Source of the DNA: an archaeon
Lineage (GTDB): Archaea > Nanobdellota > Nanobdellia > Pacearchaeales > GW2011-AR1
Length of the DNA stretch: 64,000 nt
NCBI GenBank assembly: GCA_018657525.1
Contig: JABHWZ010000003.1
Coordinates: forward strand, 14,840-78,839
Reading direction: 5' to 3'
The translations under genes were made by a program, and so were the position numbers. The notes under the pieces were generated by a model, which ran no database searches, had not been told where the DNA came from, and saw nothing but the letters and a program-made list of their open reading frames with translations. Below, one piece after another: positions 38,211-46,281 of this stretch; position 1 is the first letter of the stretch; each line of letters opens with the position of its first letter.

Positions 38211-38876
38211 TTATTCTGGTTCAGGAGTGCTACCCATGTTAAAATTTGGATTTTGTCCATATTGTCCATTTATTGCTTGTTGATACATCATAGCTTCATA
38301 GAAGTCTTGCATCTTTGCTTTTCTTTCTGCTTTTTGTTGCATTTTTATTTGCTCCATTACTGCTTTGTAACCAGCTTCTATTTCTGGGGCTTTTTTTGCT
38401 CCTTCTTTAAAGAAGTATTTTCTTAAACCAGATAAATCTGTTTTTGTTCTAGTTTCTTCTTTTGCTTTTTGTATTTTTCTTTTTTCAAAAGTGTTATAGA
38501 GGTTTAACATTGTTTCATTTTCAGGTTGATCCTTAAAAAAGGTATCAAATTCTTTATTTTTATATTGCTCAAATACCTCTTCTGCTGTTGCATCTTCCCA
38601 TTGTCCAATTAGTTCCTTTTCTTTATCTGTTGCCACGTCTTCAATAGTATATTCTGCTATTTTTTCTTTAATTTTATCTCTTCTTTTTAGTGTGGGTTTT
38701 GATATTGAATATCCTGCTTGAGCCATTTCTGAACCTGCTTGAGTTAGTTGCCACCAGCATCTTCCAGCTTCGGAAATTGTGTCTAAAAATTGGGCTCCGA
38801 CTTCATAGATAGTTCCTAAAATTCCTGGTTTGTTTGAGGCATTTTCTACCAATTTTTGTGTTAATGTTTGTGTCAT
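38211..38876 (-). CDS. soluble charged/coiled-coil protein, unknown function
   Basis: 221-aa ORF with a Gln/Asn-rich tail. Confidence 0.4.
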   Translation of the reverse strand: MTQTLTQKLVENASNKPGILGTIYEVGAQFLDTISEAGRCWWQLTQAGSEMAQAGYSISKPTLKRRDKIKEKIAEYTIEDVATDKEKELIGQWEDATAEEVFEQYKNKEFDTFFKDQPENETMLNLYNTFEKRKIQKAKEETRTKTDLSGLRKYFFKEGAKKAPEIEAGYKAVMEQIKMQQKAERKAKMQDFYEAMMYQQAINGQYGQNPNFNMGSTPEPE

Positions 38877-38997
38877 TTTCTTACTTTTCTAAACACTTTA
38901 TTCTTTATAAACCTTTCTATTCTGTTACTACTTCAAAGTAAACTATTTGTTTTATTAATTGAGATAAGTTTAAAAGTTTATGATTTTTTATTAATCT

Positions 38998-39882
38998 ATG
39001 AGGGGGAAATTTATTTTTGGGGTGTTTTTTTTGTTCTTATTATTGGGGAATTTGGGTGCTCAAGTTGGTGGGGACGAGATAGTAAAGGGGGGGGAAGCTG
39101 TTGAAAAAGTTGAAGAGCTTTTTTCTGAACCAGATACTGCTCTGGATTATTTGAGGAGAGAGTGGACAAAGATTTTTGAAACAAAGCCGTATATTGGAAA
39201 AACACTTTCTGTTTTAGATTCTGTTTTTACTTGGGTGAGTCCTTTTTTTAAATATGTTTTAGGAATTTCTTATGCAATGAGTTTTGAGTTTTTTTTGACT
39301 TTACTTTTCTTTTTAGTTTTATCAATTTGGGGTTTTAGGATTTCTGCTTTTTTTATACCGTTTTCAATTAATTATGGGAGTTATTTAAGGTGGGCAGGAA
39401 CGTTTGGGATTATTTTAATTTTGAGGTTTACTCTTTTTCCGCATTTTATTTTGACTACTATTTTTAATCAGGTTTCTAAACTTGATGCTTGGTATAATCA
39501 GATTGTATTTGTGTTAGTCTTTTTTTCTATTTTAGCTGTTTTACATGCTTATTCTAAAAATTTGGAAAAAGCCTTTGAAAATTGGGGAACTGGGGTTAAG
39601 AGAAAGTTTTTTGACAATAAAACCCTAGAGGCAGAAGCGAAAGCAGAAGAAGCTAAGGAAGAAGTTAAAGCTATTGTTAGTGGTAAGATTCCTTTCAGAA
39701 AAGGAGCGGGAGCAGGAACTCCAATTATTCAATATGGAGATCCAATAACTGGAAAGAAATCCAAATCTGAATTATTTGAGAAAGCATGGGAAGATTCATT
39801 GGAAATTTCTAAGAAAATTAAAACGCCTAAGATTCCAAAAGTTCCAAAGTATGGTAAGAAGTTAAAAAAAGAAGGGCTTTAA
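38998..39882 (+). CDS. membrane protein (signal peptide plus about 5 TM, Lys-rich tail)
   Basis: Hydrophobicity pattern. Confidence 0.45.
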   Translation: MRGKFIFGVFFLFLLLGNLGAQVGGDEIVKGGEAVEKVEELFSEPDTALDYLRREWTKIFETKPYIGKTLSVLDSVFTWVSPFFKYVLGISYAMSFEFFLTLLFFLVLSIWGFRISAFFIPFSINYGSYLRWAGTFGIILILRFTLFPHFILTTIFNQVSKLDAWYNQIVFVLVFFSILAVLHAYSKNLEKAFENWGTGVKRKFFDNKTLEAEAKAEEAKEEVKAIVSGKIPFRKGAGAGTPIIQYGDPITGKKSKSELFEKAWEDSLEISKKIKTPKIPKVPKYGKKLKKEGL

Positions 39883-39900
39883 TTTTTTTGAGATTTATTT

Positions 39901-39951
39901 TTTTAACACTGCTCAGTGTACCCCTTTTTGCGGTTTGCTTGGGCATATTTC
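39901..39951. repeat. hairpin element AACACTGCTCAGTGT..TTTGCGG.., copy forming the 3' end of CDS 39913..40692
   Basis: Aligns with 32622..32672. Confidence 0.8.
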
Positions 39952-40692
39952 TTCTTTTTTAGCTTTTTTTGCGTTAGCTTTTGCAATTTCAATTAGTTTG
40001 TAAAGTTTGTTTGCGTTTCTCACTTTAATAAAAAGGGTTATGAATAAAACAAAAAAAATAATTGCGGTTAAATTTGTTATAGGTTTTGTTATTCCCCCAA
40101 TTGCGTTGCCAGTTATATTTGGTGTTGCTAAAAAAACTGAGATTAAAAGAAAACTTAGGAGGGTTATTATTATTTGGGCGGTTCCATATGTGCCTGTTCC
40201 GTCATCTTCTAAATCAGTAACTGGTTCTTCATCCTCTGCGGTGGGTCTTTGTTTTCTTGCGACGAGGTACTTTGCTATAGCAGTTTGTTGAGCTTGATTT
40301 CTCTCTTCTTGTTCTGCATATTTTCTAGATCTATTTGGATTATAATTTCCTTTTCCTTCAATATAATCTTCTAAATTACCTATGCCTCCAAAAACTTCTT
40401 CAATATTTTGATTTAATCCATAGGCAGATAAAGTTTCTCTTGCAGCTATTTCGTTGAGTATCATTTGGCGGGTGATAGTTCTTCCGGATTCTTTGCTTAA
40501 GCTTTCTGCCGCGTTACCAAGTTGTTGATGGATTGCAGAACCTTTAGAAATTGTTTGATATTCATCGTATAACGTTGCGGCTTTTACTGCACCAGATGCA
40601 ATGCCTTTCCATAATCTTCCGTAAAGTTTAGCAAGTCCCTTTGTAATTGTAAATGGAGAAGTTACTAATTTTCTCACCAAACTTTTTGCCAT
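39913..40692 (-). CDS. hypothetical protein with a C-terminal TM-NITGNAI-TM module; its last 12 codons lie in a dispersed repeat
   Basis: ..LLISVFLATPNITGNAIGG..IIFFVLFITLFIKV. The tail EICPSKPQKGVH* is encoded by the ACACTGCTCAGTGT element. Confidence 0.45.
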   Translation of the reverse strand: MAKSLVRKLVTSPFTITKGLAKLYGRLWKGIASGAVKAATLYDEYQTISKGSAIHQQLGNAAESLSKESGRTITRQMILNEIAARETLSAYGLNQNIEEVFGGIGNLEDYIEGKGNYNPNRSRKYAEQEERNQAQQTAIAKYLVARKQRPTAEDEEPVTDLEDDGTGTYGTAQIIITLLSFLLISVFLATPNITGNAIGGITKPITNLTAIIFFVLFITLFIKVRNANKLYKLIEIAKANAKKAKKEEICPSKPQKGVH

Positions 40693-40728
40693 ATAAAATT
40701 TAATCTTTTTTACTTTAAAATTCTTTCC

Positions 40729-40977
40729 CTACTCTCTTCTGTAACCAATTACTTTTTTACCTTGGTAAATTGGGATGTCGCCTTTGCTTTGTGAGTATTT
40801 TTTCCCTCGAAGCAATATAATCCCCATGACAATTACCACCACAGAGATTATCATCATTTGAAAATTTGTAATGGATTCTAGAAATTTGATTTGAGTAATT
40901 TCTTTAACTTTATCAAAAGTTAGGCTTAAGCCGATTAGACCCAATATTGAGAGAGTGTATCCCATCACCTTTTTCAT
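40729..40977 (-). CDS. small 2-TM protein
   Basis: 82 aa with two hydrophobic helices. Confidence 0.4.
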   Translation of the reverse strand: MKKVMGYTLSILGLIGLSLTFDKVKEITQIKFLESITNFQMMIISVVVIVMGIILLRGKKYSQSKGDIPIYQGKKVIGYRRE

Positions 40978-41057
40978 GTAATTAATAAGTCAATTAGTTT
41001 TATAAAGTTTTGTAAACAAAGAATATTATGAGATCTTATAGTGTTTAAATAAAAAGG

Positions 41058-41065
41058 TTTATAAA
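41058..41065 (+). promoter_or_regulatory. TATA box (TTTATAAA)
   Basis: 22 nt before ATG 41088. Confidence 0.45.
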
Positions 41066-41087
41066 CTATTTATGACACGTATAAATT

Positions 41088-41636
41088 ATGGTTAATAAGT
41101 ATGAACTTAAGTTTACCTCTTTACAAACTCGGATTTTTAGATTATTTTGTATAAAAACTGGAGAAACATTGAATCAGCGAGAAATTGCAAGAAATTTGGG
41201 GGTTTCAGCTACTGCTATTTCTAAATCTTTAGATTTATTAGAGAAAGAAAAATTAATTATTGTGAATAAAAATAAAACTATGAATTTAAATTTAATTGGA
41301 TTAAATCAAGATTCAAAAAAAGTTGTTGAATTAAAACGCGTTGAAAATATGGGATTTATTTATAAATCTGGGTTAGTGGATTTTCTTGAGGTAAATTTTC
41401 CTGGTTCAGTAATTATTTTATTTGGTAGTTATTCATATGGTGAAGATAATGTTGATTCAGATATTGATATTGCTGTTTTTGGGAGTTCTAAAAAAAATTT
41501 GAATTTATCTAGATTTGATGATTTTTTGGAAAGAGAAATTAGAGTTAATTTTTATAAAGATTTTAATGAAGTGAATAAAAATCTTATGAGTAATATTTTT
41601 AATGGAATTATTTTATCCGGGAGGATTAGTTTATGA
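41088..41636 (+). CDS. wHTH plus minimal nucleotidyltransferase (MNT-type)
   Basis: GSYSYGEDNVDSDIDIAV NTase signature after an N-terminal HTH (LNQREIARNLGVSATAISKSL). Confidence 0.65.
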   Translation: MVNKYELKFTSLQTRIFRLFCIKTGETLNQREIARNLGVSATAISKSLDLLEKEKLIIVNKNKTMNLNLIGLNQDSKKVVELKRVENMGFIYKSGLVDFLEVNFPGSVIILFGSYSYGEDNVDSDIDIAVFGSSKKNLNLSRFDDFLEREIRVNFYKDFNEVNKNLMSNIFNGIILSGRISL

Positions 41637-42055
41637 AAGATTTTGATGACTTTCTAAAAAGAGGGGTGGTTAAAAAACAATCTGTTAATGAGCCAAGAGC
41701 TAAAGATTTGGTTTCTGAAGCTGAAAGAAAATTAAGTTCAATGAATCGTGTTATTAAGAAAATAGGAATTGATGACGCAAATGCTAATGATATTATTGAA
41801 AATTGTTGCGATATTATTCTTAGTTTAATACGTTCGAAAATGTTTTTGAAGGGGTTTAGCGCTTCTGGAAGTGGAGCTCATGAAGCAGAAGTTTCTTTTT
41901 TAAAAAAATTGGAATTTAATGAACAACAAATCGAATTTATTAATTCTTTGAGATATTTTAGGAATGGAATTTTGTATTATGGAAAACGATTTGATAAAGA
42001 ATATGCAAAAAAAGTAGTCAAATTTTTAAAACAGGTAAAGGTTAAATTAAAATGA
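41633..42055 (+). CDS. HEPN-like domain protein (partner of the MNT)
   Basis: 140-aa all-helical protein with a 4-nt overlap with the MNT gene. The R-x4-H position reads FRNGILYY (His replaced by Tyr). Confidence 0.5.
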   Translation: MKDFDDFLKRGVVKKQSVNEPRAKDLVSEAERKLSSMNRVIKKIGIDDANANDIIENCCDIILSLIRSKMFLKGFSASGSGAHEAEVSFLKKLEFNEQQIEFINSLRYFRNGILYYGKRFDKEYAKKVVKFLKQVKVKLK

Positions 42056-42987
42056 GATCTTATAGTGTTTTGGGGAATATAGCGTTGGTTAATTTTCCGA
42101 GGGAATTTAAAGGAAGCAAAATTAATTTTGCTAAGAAAATTTTGAAAGAGAACAAATCAGTTAAGACTGTTTTGGAAAAAGTGGGAAAATTTTCTGGGAG
42201 GTTGAGGAAGATTTCAACTAAATGGTTAGCGGGGGAAAAAAATAAAGAAGTTTTGTATAAAGAAAATAATTGTGTTTTTAGATTTAATATTGATTCAACT
42301 TATTTTTCTCCGAGGCTGAGTAATGAGCGGAAAGAGATTGCAGGATTGGTTAAGAAAGATGAAAATGTTTTAGTTATGTTTGCAGGGGTGTCACCGTTTT
42401 CAATTGTTATTGCGAAGAATTCAAAAATTGGGCGTAGTTCTGCGTACCCTAAATTGCGGAATGCTAAGGTATATTCAAATGAGATAAATCGCGAAGCAAA
42501 TAAATACGCGAAGTTAAATATTGAATTAAATAAATTGAAAGAGAGGGTTGAATTGTTGCCTGGTGATATCAAAAAAGTTACTGAGAAAATTTTGAAGGGG
42601 TGGAGGGAAAACCATGCGGTATCTGTAGGAGGCAAAGAAAAGATGCCGCCCTCTCGTGCCCTTGAGGGTATCAGTGTTTCGAGGAAGGAGCGCGAGGAAA
42701 ACAAGGGGTTGCCTCGCTTTGATGTGATTGTAATGCCGCGACCGCAGTTGAAAGATAGTTTTTTGGAGCAGGCGTTTAAGTTGTCAAAACGCGGAACGCG
42801 AATTTATTATTATGATTTTTGTAAAATTGATGCTCTTGAAGGAACAAAGTATTTTGATTTGATTATTAAGAAGATTAAAGATGAGGCAAAAAAAGCTGGG
42901 AAGAAAATTAGAATTGTGAATAAGAAATTGGCGGGAGATATTGCTCCGTATAAGTATCGTGTGCGGGTTGATTTTATAATTTTGTAA
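42052..42987 (+). CDS. Trm5/Taw22-like tRNA (m1G37) methyltransferase carrying two in-frame repeat insertions
   Basis: YFSPRLSNER, VLVMFAGVSPFSI, YSNEIN, and FDVIVMPRP (NPPY-equivalent). Confidence 0.7.
   Translation: MRSYSVLGNIALVNFPREFKGSKINFAKKILKENKSVKTVLEKVGKFSGRLRKISTKWLAGEKNKEVLYKENNCVFRFNIDSTYFSPRLSNERKEIAGLVKKDENVLVMFAGVSPFSIVIAKNSKIGRSSAYPKLRNAKVYSNEINREANKYAKLNIELNKLKERVELLPGDIKKVTEKILKGWRENHAVSVGGKEKMPPSRALEGISVSRKEREENKGLPRFDVIVMPRPQLKDSFLEQAFKLSKRGTRIYYYDFCKIDALEGTKYFDLIIKKIKDEAKKAGKKIRIVNKKLAGDIAPYKYRVRVDFIIL
42612..42716 (+). repeat. 105-nt structured element, copy 2, in frame inside the Trm5-like CDS
   Basis: Encodes ..HAVSVGGKEKMPPSRALEGISVSRKEREENKGLPR.. between conserved Trm5 motifs. 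Confidence 0.9.
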
Positions 42988-43001
42988 TCTTTTTGTTTTA
43001 T

Positions 43002-43077
43002 ATCGAAGATTTTATCTTCTCGTGTAGTGTACTACACTTCGAAGACACGTTTTACTTTGTAAAATAAAATCTTCGAT
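43002..43077 (+). terminator. long imperfect hairpin just after the Trm5-like stop codon (possible terminator or small RNA)
   Basis: ATCGAAGATTTTAT (43002-43015) pairs with ATAAAATCTTCGAT (43064-43077). Inner palindrome GTGTAGT-GT-ACTACAC. Confidence 0.4.
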
Positions 43078-43149
43078 CTAATTTCAAAAATCTTCACAAA
43101 ATTATGGTGGTATGGGGATAAGGGAAAGAAGGAGAGAGGTTTAGAAAAG

Positions 43150-43158
43150 TTTATAAAA
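43150..43158 (+). promoter_or_regulatory. TATA box (TTTATAAAA)
   Basis: 17 nt before ATG 43176. Confidence 0.4.
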
Positions 43159-43175
43159 TTAATTTACTTATTTTA

Positions 43176-43613
43176 ATGATGACTAAAAAAGAGTATACTC
43201 CTGAGCAAATTGCAGAGAGAATTAAGAATCCTCAAGAAACAAGTGAGGAATATGGGCAGAAAAGTTTTCTTGAGAGGATGATTGCTGATTTATATCGTGG
43301 CCCTTCAGGTGAGGGAGGAGATTCAGAAAAAAGAGAGAAACGTGAGAAGAACTCCCGAATTTATAAATTGCTTTCTATGAAGGCTAGAAGAGATCCTTTG
43401 GATTTCGAGGGAATTTCTAAAGCGTTTAATGAATTAGCTAAAGATCGTCCTTCTTATTTTGCTTTTTTATTTATCTTTTCGCTACTATTTTTGTCCCCTA
43501 ATATGACCGGAAATGCAATCATGGATTTGTCAAATTCTGCTTCGAATTTTTTAGGAATTATTTTTTTCGTTCTAGGATTGATTTTAACTTATGTTTGGGT
43601 TAAAAGAAATTGA
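43176..43613 (+). CDS. hypothetical protein with a C-terminal TM-NMTGNAI-TM module
   Basis: ..FIFSLLFLSPNMTGNAIMD..IIFFVLGLILTYVWVKRN. Confidence 0.4.
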   Translation: MMTKKEYTPEQIAERIKNPQETSEEYGQKSFLERMIADLYRGPSGEGGDSEKREKREKNSRIYKLLSMKARRDPLDFEGISKAFNELAKDRPSYFAFLFIFSLLFLSPNMTGNAIMDLSNSASNFLGIIFFVLGLILTYVWVKRN

Positions 43614-43692
43614 CTTTGGGGTTTAGTCGGGATATGATATCTCGGAGCGCAGCTTGGTCGCCGTTAATTTTGACTGCGGTGGGAGCCTCGCC

Positions 43693-43802
43693 AATTCCCA
43701 ACCCTGATTTTTTTCCCATTACCCCTTTTTTATTTGAAAGCCCCAAAAATCAAAGTTGCTCGCCATGCCAGACACTCCAGCGAATCACAACCGCTTCTTC
43801 AT
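43693..43802 (-). repeat. 110-nt insert at the HerA-like gene 3' end (TTCCCAACCCTGATTTTT...AAAATCAAAGTTGCTC module plus a new 5-codon tail)
   Basis: Bracketed by two copies of the GEAPTAVK-coding 24-mer (43669-43692 and 43803-43826). Confidence 0.85.
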
Positions 43803-45095
43803 TTTGACTGCGGTTGGTGCTTCCCCTCCGTGCCAAGTAAATCTCGGACGAATTCTCATTGGATAAATTCTTTCTGAATTGTCATCTAAAATTATGGCTG
43901 AACCTTTCAGGGTTGGTAAATCATTCATATACTGTTGAATACTATTTAAAAGATAGCTTTGCATAATTTGATTTAGGGCTTCTATGTCGGGTTGAGAAGT
44001 AACTCTGTGTGAAATAACTATATCTGACTGAGTCATAACGTCGGTGTGGATTTTCCCGGGTTGTTGTGTTGCGAGAACTACTGAAATGCCGGGTTGTCGT
44101 CCTTCTCTCAATAATTGAATCAATGCATCTGTTGCCAAAGTTTTTCCTTCTTTGGGTAAAAATTCATGACCCTCGTCGATAAATATCCAAACAAGGGGGT
44201 ATTCTTTTTTTTCTTGCGTCGTTAAAATATCCAACCCTTGTGAAACTGCATTTATTTCTTCTTTTTTTCTTGCGTCCATTCGCTGATTGAAAATTTTTCT
44301 TGAAATTAAACTTATAACTAATGCCCGCACATTAAATGCTCCAACAGAATTGTAAACGCTTAAATCTAAAATGGAAGTCATACCTCGATTTATTAATTCT
44401 GTTACCGCTGTTGGTTTGTCCCCTGATTTTGCAAATACCCCCCATGTGTTCGCTGCTTCGAATAATCCCATTGTTGCATTTTTGGTTTCTTGAGAAGATT
44501 TTTCATCTTTTTCAATTTCAGAAATTATTTCTTCTAAAAAATAATTTCCTTCTTCTTTTAATTTTGTGATTGTTCTTTCGATTAAAACTGCGATTGGATG
44601 AGTTAAGTCTAAGTTAAAAGTTAGAATCCAATCTTCGGGATTCATTTCTGCAATGTCTAGTGCGAATTTTTCGTCGATGGGAATGCCTTTTTCAAGATAT
44701 GAATTAAAATGTCCAGCTGGGACAAAAACTTTTATTGGTAAGTTTTTGGCTTTTAAATCCCATTCTTCTAAAAGTTCCCTATCCTTTTTATTTTGATATT
44801 TCATTGTCCAGTAAATTCCCATTGTGTCAAAAATTAGAGAGGATAAGTTTTGAGAAACTTTTTTTGGTAAGTTTGTAAGTTCTTCTGCTAATGAACCCAA
44901 TGTGTAACTTTTACCTGAACCTCTTTTTCCTGCCACTAGGACAACGTGCGATCTGGCGACGTCCATGAAAATTTTATTTGAAAGAGAAGTGTATTGCCCC
45001 ATTTTTACAAATCCTTTTCCGATATAAATTAAACCTTCTTTTCCAAATGTTTTTTTATCACTTGCATTTCTTCCAAGGATTATATCATAAGCCAT
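43785..45095 (-). CDS. HerA/DUF87-type P-loop ATPase (VirB4/FtsK-HerA superfamily)
   Basis: VLVAGKRGSGKSYTLG Walker A, VWIFIDEGHEF Walker B, and VVLATQQPGKI..SDIVISHRV. Confidence 0.75.
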   Translation of the reverse strand: MAYDIILGRNASDKKTFGKEGLIYIGKGFVKMGQYTSLSNKIFMDVARSHVVLVAGKRGSGKSYTLGSLAEELTNLPKKVSQNLSSLIFDTMGIYWTMKYQNKKDRELLEEWDLKAKNLPIKVFVPAGHFNSYLEKGIPIDEKFALDIAEMNPEDWILTFNLDLTHPIAVLIERTITKLKEEGNYFLEEIISEIEKDEKSSQETKNATMGLFEAANTWGVFAKSGDKPTAVTELINRGMTSILDLSVYNSVGAFNVRALVISLISRKIFNQRMDARKKEEINAVSQGLDILTTQEKKEYPLVWIFIDEGHEFLPKEGKTLATDALIQLLREGRQPGISVVLATQQPGKIHTDVMTQSDIVISHRVTSQPDIEALNQIMQSYLLNSIQQYMNDLPTLKGSAIILDDNSERIYPMRIRPRFTWHGGEAPTAVKMKKRL

Positions 45096-45181
45096 TAAAA
45101 AATTCCTTCTTTTTTCATATTTTATTTTATGTCTTCAGGGTTTTTAATATTTTGTAGTTTGAAACAAATTTTACCAAAATA

Positions 45182-45189
45182 TTTATAAA
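45182..45189 (+). promoter_or_regulatory. TATA box (TTTATAAA)
   Basis: 22 nt before ATG 45212. Confidence 0.45.
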
Positions 45190-45211
45190 TGAATTTTTAC
45201 TGAATTAAAAT

Positions 45212-46225
45212 ATGGAAGAGTTTGAGCATAAAAATGAGGTGGTTTCAAGTATGGATTATTCTGAGGAGAAACCTGACGAGAAAAAGGAAAATAATATTCG
45301 TGAAACTAAAAAAGCATTGACTGAACGAATGAGAGAAAATCCTTGGATGTTTGCAACTATGATTTTGGGAGTTGTCACATTAATTTTATTAATTGGTAAT
45401 TTTCAGGGAGGGATGACTGGCGACGTTATTGATTCAGACGTTGCTGGAGCAAAACTTTTAGCTTATTATGAATCAACTGGGGCTCAAGGATTAGTATTAG
45501 AATCAGTTGAGGAAGAGAATGGATTGTATAAAGTTAATTTTGAATATCAAGGAGCTATTGTTCCAATTTACATGACGCAAGATGGGGCATTGGCAGGTTC
45601 GATGAATTCGTTGGTTGTTGAAGCTACTTCTGATATTGGAACTGATGCTCAAGAAGTGCCTAAATTAGATAAACCAAAAGTTGAATTATTTGTTTGGAGT
45701 TATTGCCCGTATGGTGTTCAAGCTCAAGGTCCTATGGCTGAAGTTGTTTCTCTTTTGGGAGATGCTGCCGAATTTGTAATTGTTCCTTATTACGATGGAC
45801 ATGGGGAATATGAAGCGCAACAAAATAAAATTCAATCATGTATTCAAAAATTAGATACAGATAAATATTGGGCTTACGCTGCAGGTTTTGTAGAAGATAT
45901 TTATGATACTTGTGGTTCAACTCGGGACGCTGAATGTGACAAAAGTGAATCAATTAAGTTAATGGATTCTTTGGGAATTGATTCTGATGAAGTGATAAAA
46001 TGTGTGGATTCAGAAGGAGATGATTTGTTTGAAGAAGCAGTTTCCTATTCGAGGCAGAATGGAGTTCAAGGCTCACCAACAATTTTAGTTAATGGAGTTA
46101 AAGTAAGTGTAGCAAGAAATGCTGAATCAATTAAGGCAGCAGTTTGTGAAGCATTTAATGACGCGCCTTCAGAGTGTTCAGAAGTTTTAGATTCAAGTGC
46201 AGCAGCAGCTGCAGGTAATTGTTAA
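45212..46225 (+). CDS. membrane-anchored thioredoxin-fold (DsbA-like) protein with a single-Cys CPYG site
   Basis: N-terminal TM. WSYCPYGVQ stands where CxxC is expected. GSPTILVNG cis-Pro loop. Confidence 0.5.
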   Translation: MEEFEHKNEVVSSMDYSEEKPDEKKENNIRETKKALTERMRENPWMFATMILGVVTLILLIGNFQGGMTGDVIDSDVAGAKLLAYYESTGAQGLVLESVEEENGLYKVNFEYQGAIVPIYMTQDGALAGSMNSLVVEATSDIGTDAQEVPKLDKPKVELFVWSYCPYGVQAQGPMAEVVSLLGDAAEFVIVPYYDGHGEYEAQQNKIQSCIQKLDTDKYWAYAAGFVEDIYDTCGSTRDAECDKSESIKLMDSLGIDSDEVIKCVDSEGDDLFEEAVSYSRQNGVQGSPTILVNGVKVSVARNAESIKAAVCEAFNDAPSECSEVLDSSAAAAAGNC

Positions 46226-46281
46226 AATTAATTTGATGTTATTATATAAATTCTTATAAATGGGGGATTAGTTAAGTATTG

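Noticed and set aside
34792-40977. Membrane-protein run considered as an integrated virus or plasmid.
   Set aside because: No capsid, terminase, portal, replication-initiator or integrase-like motifs, and no flanking att-type repeats were recognised. It is kept only as an uncharacterised membrane cluster.
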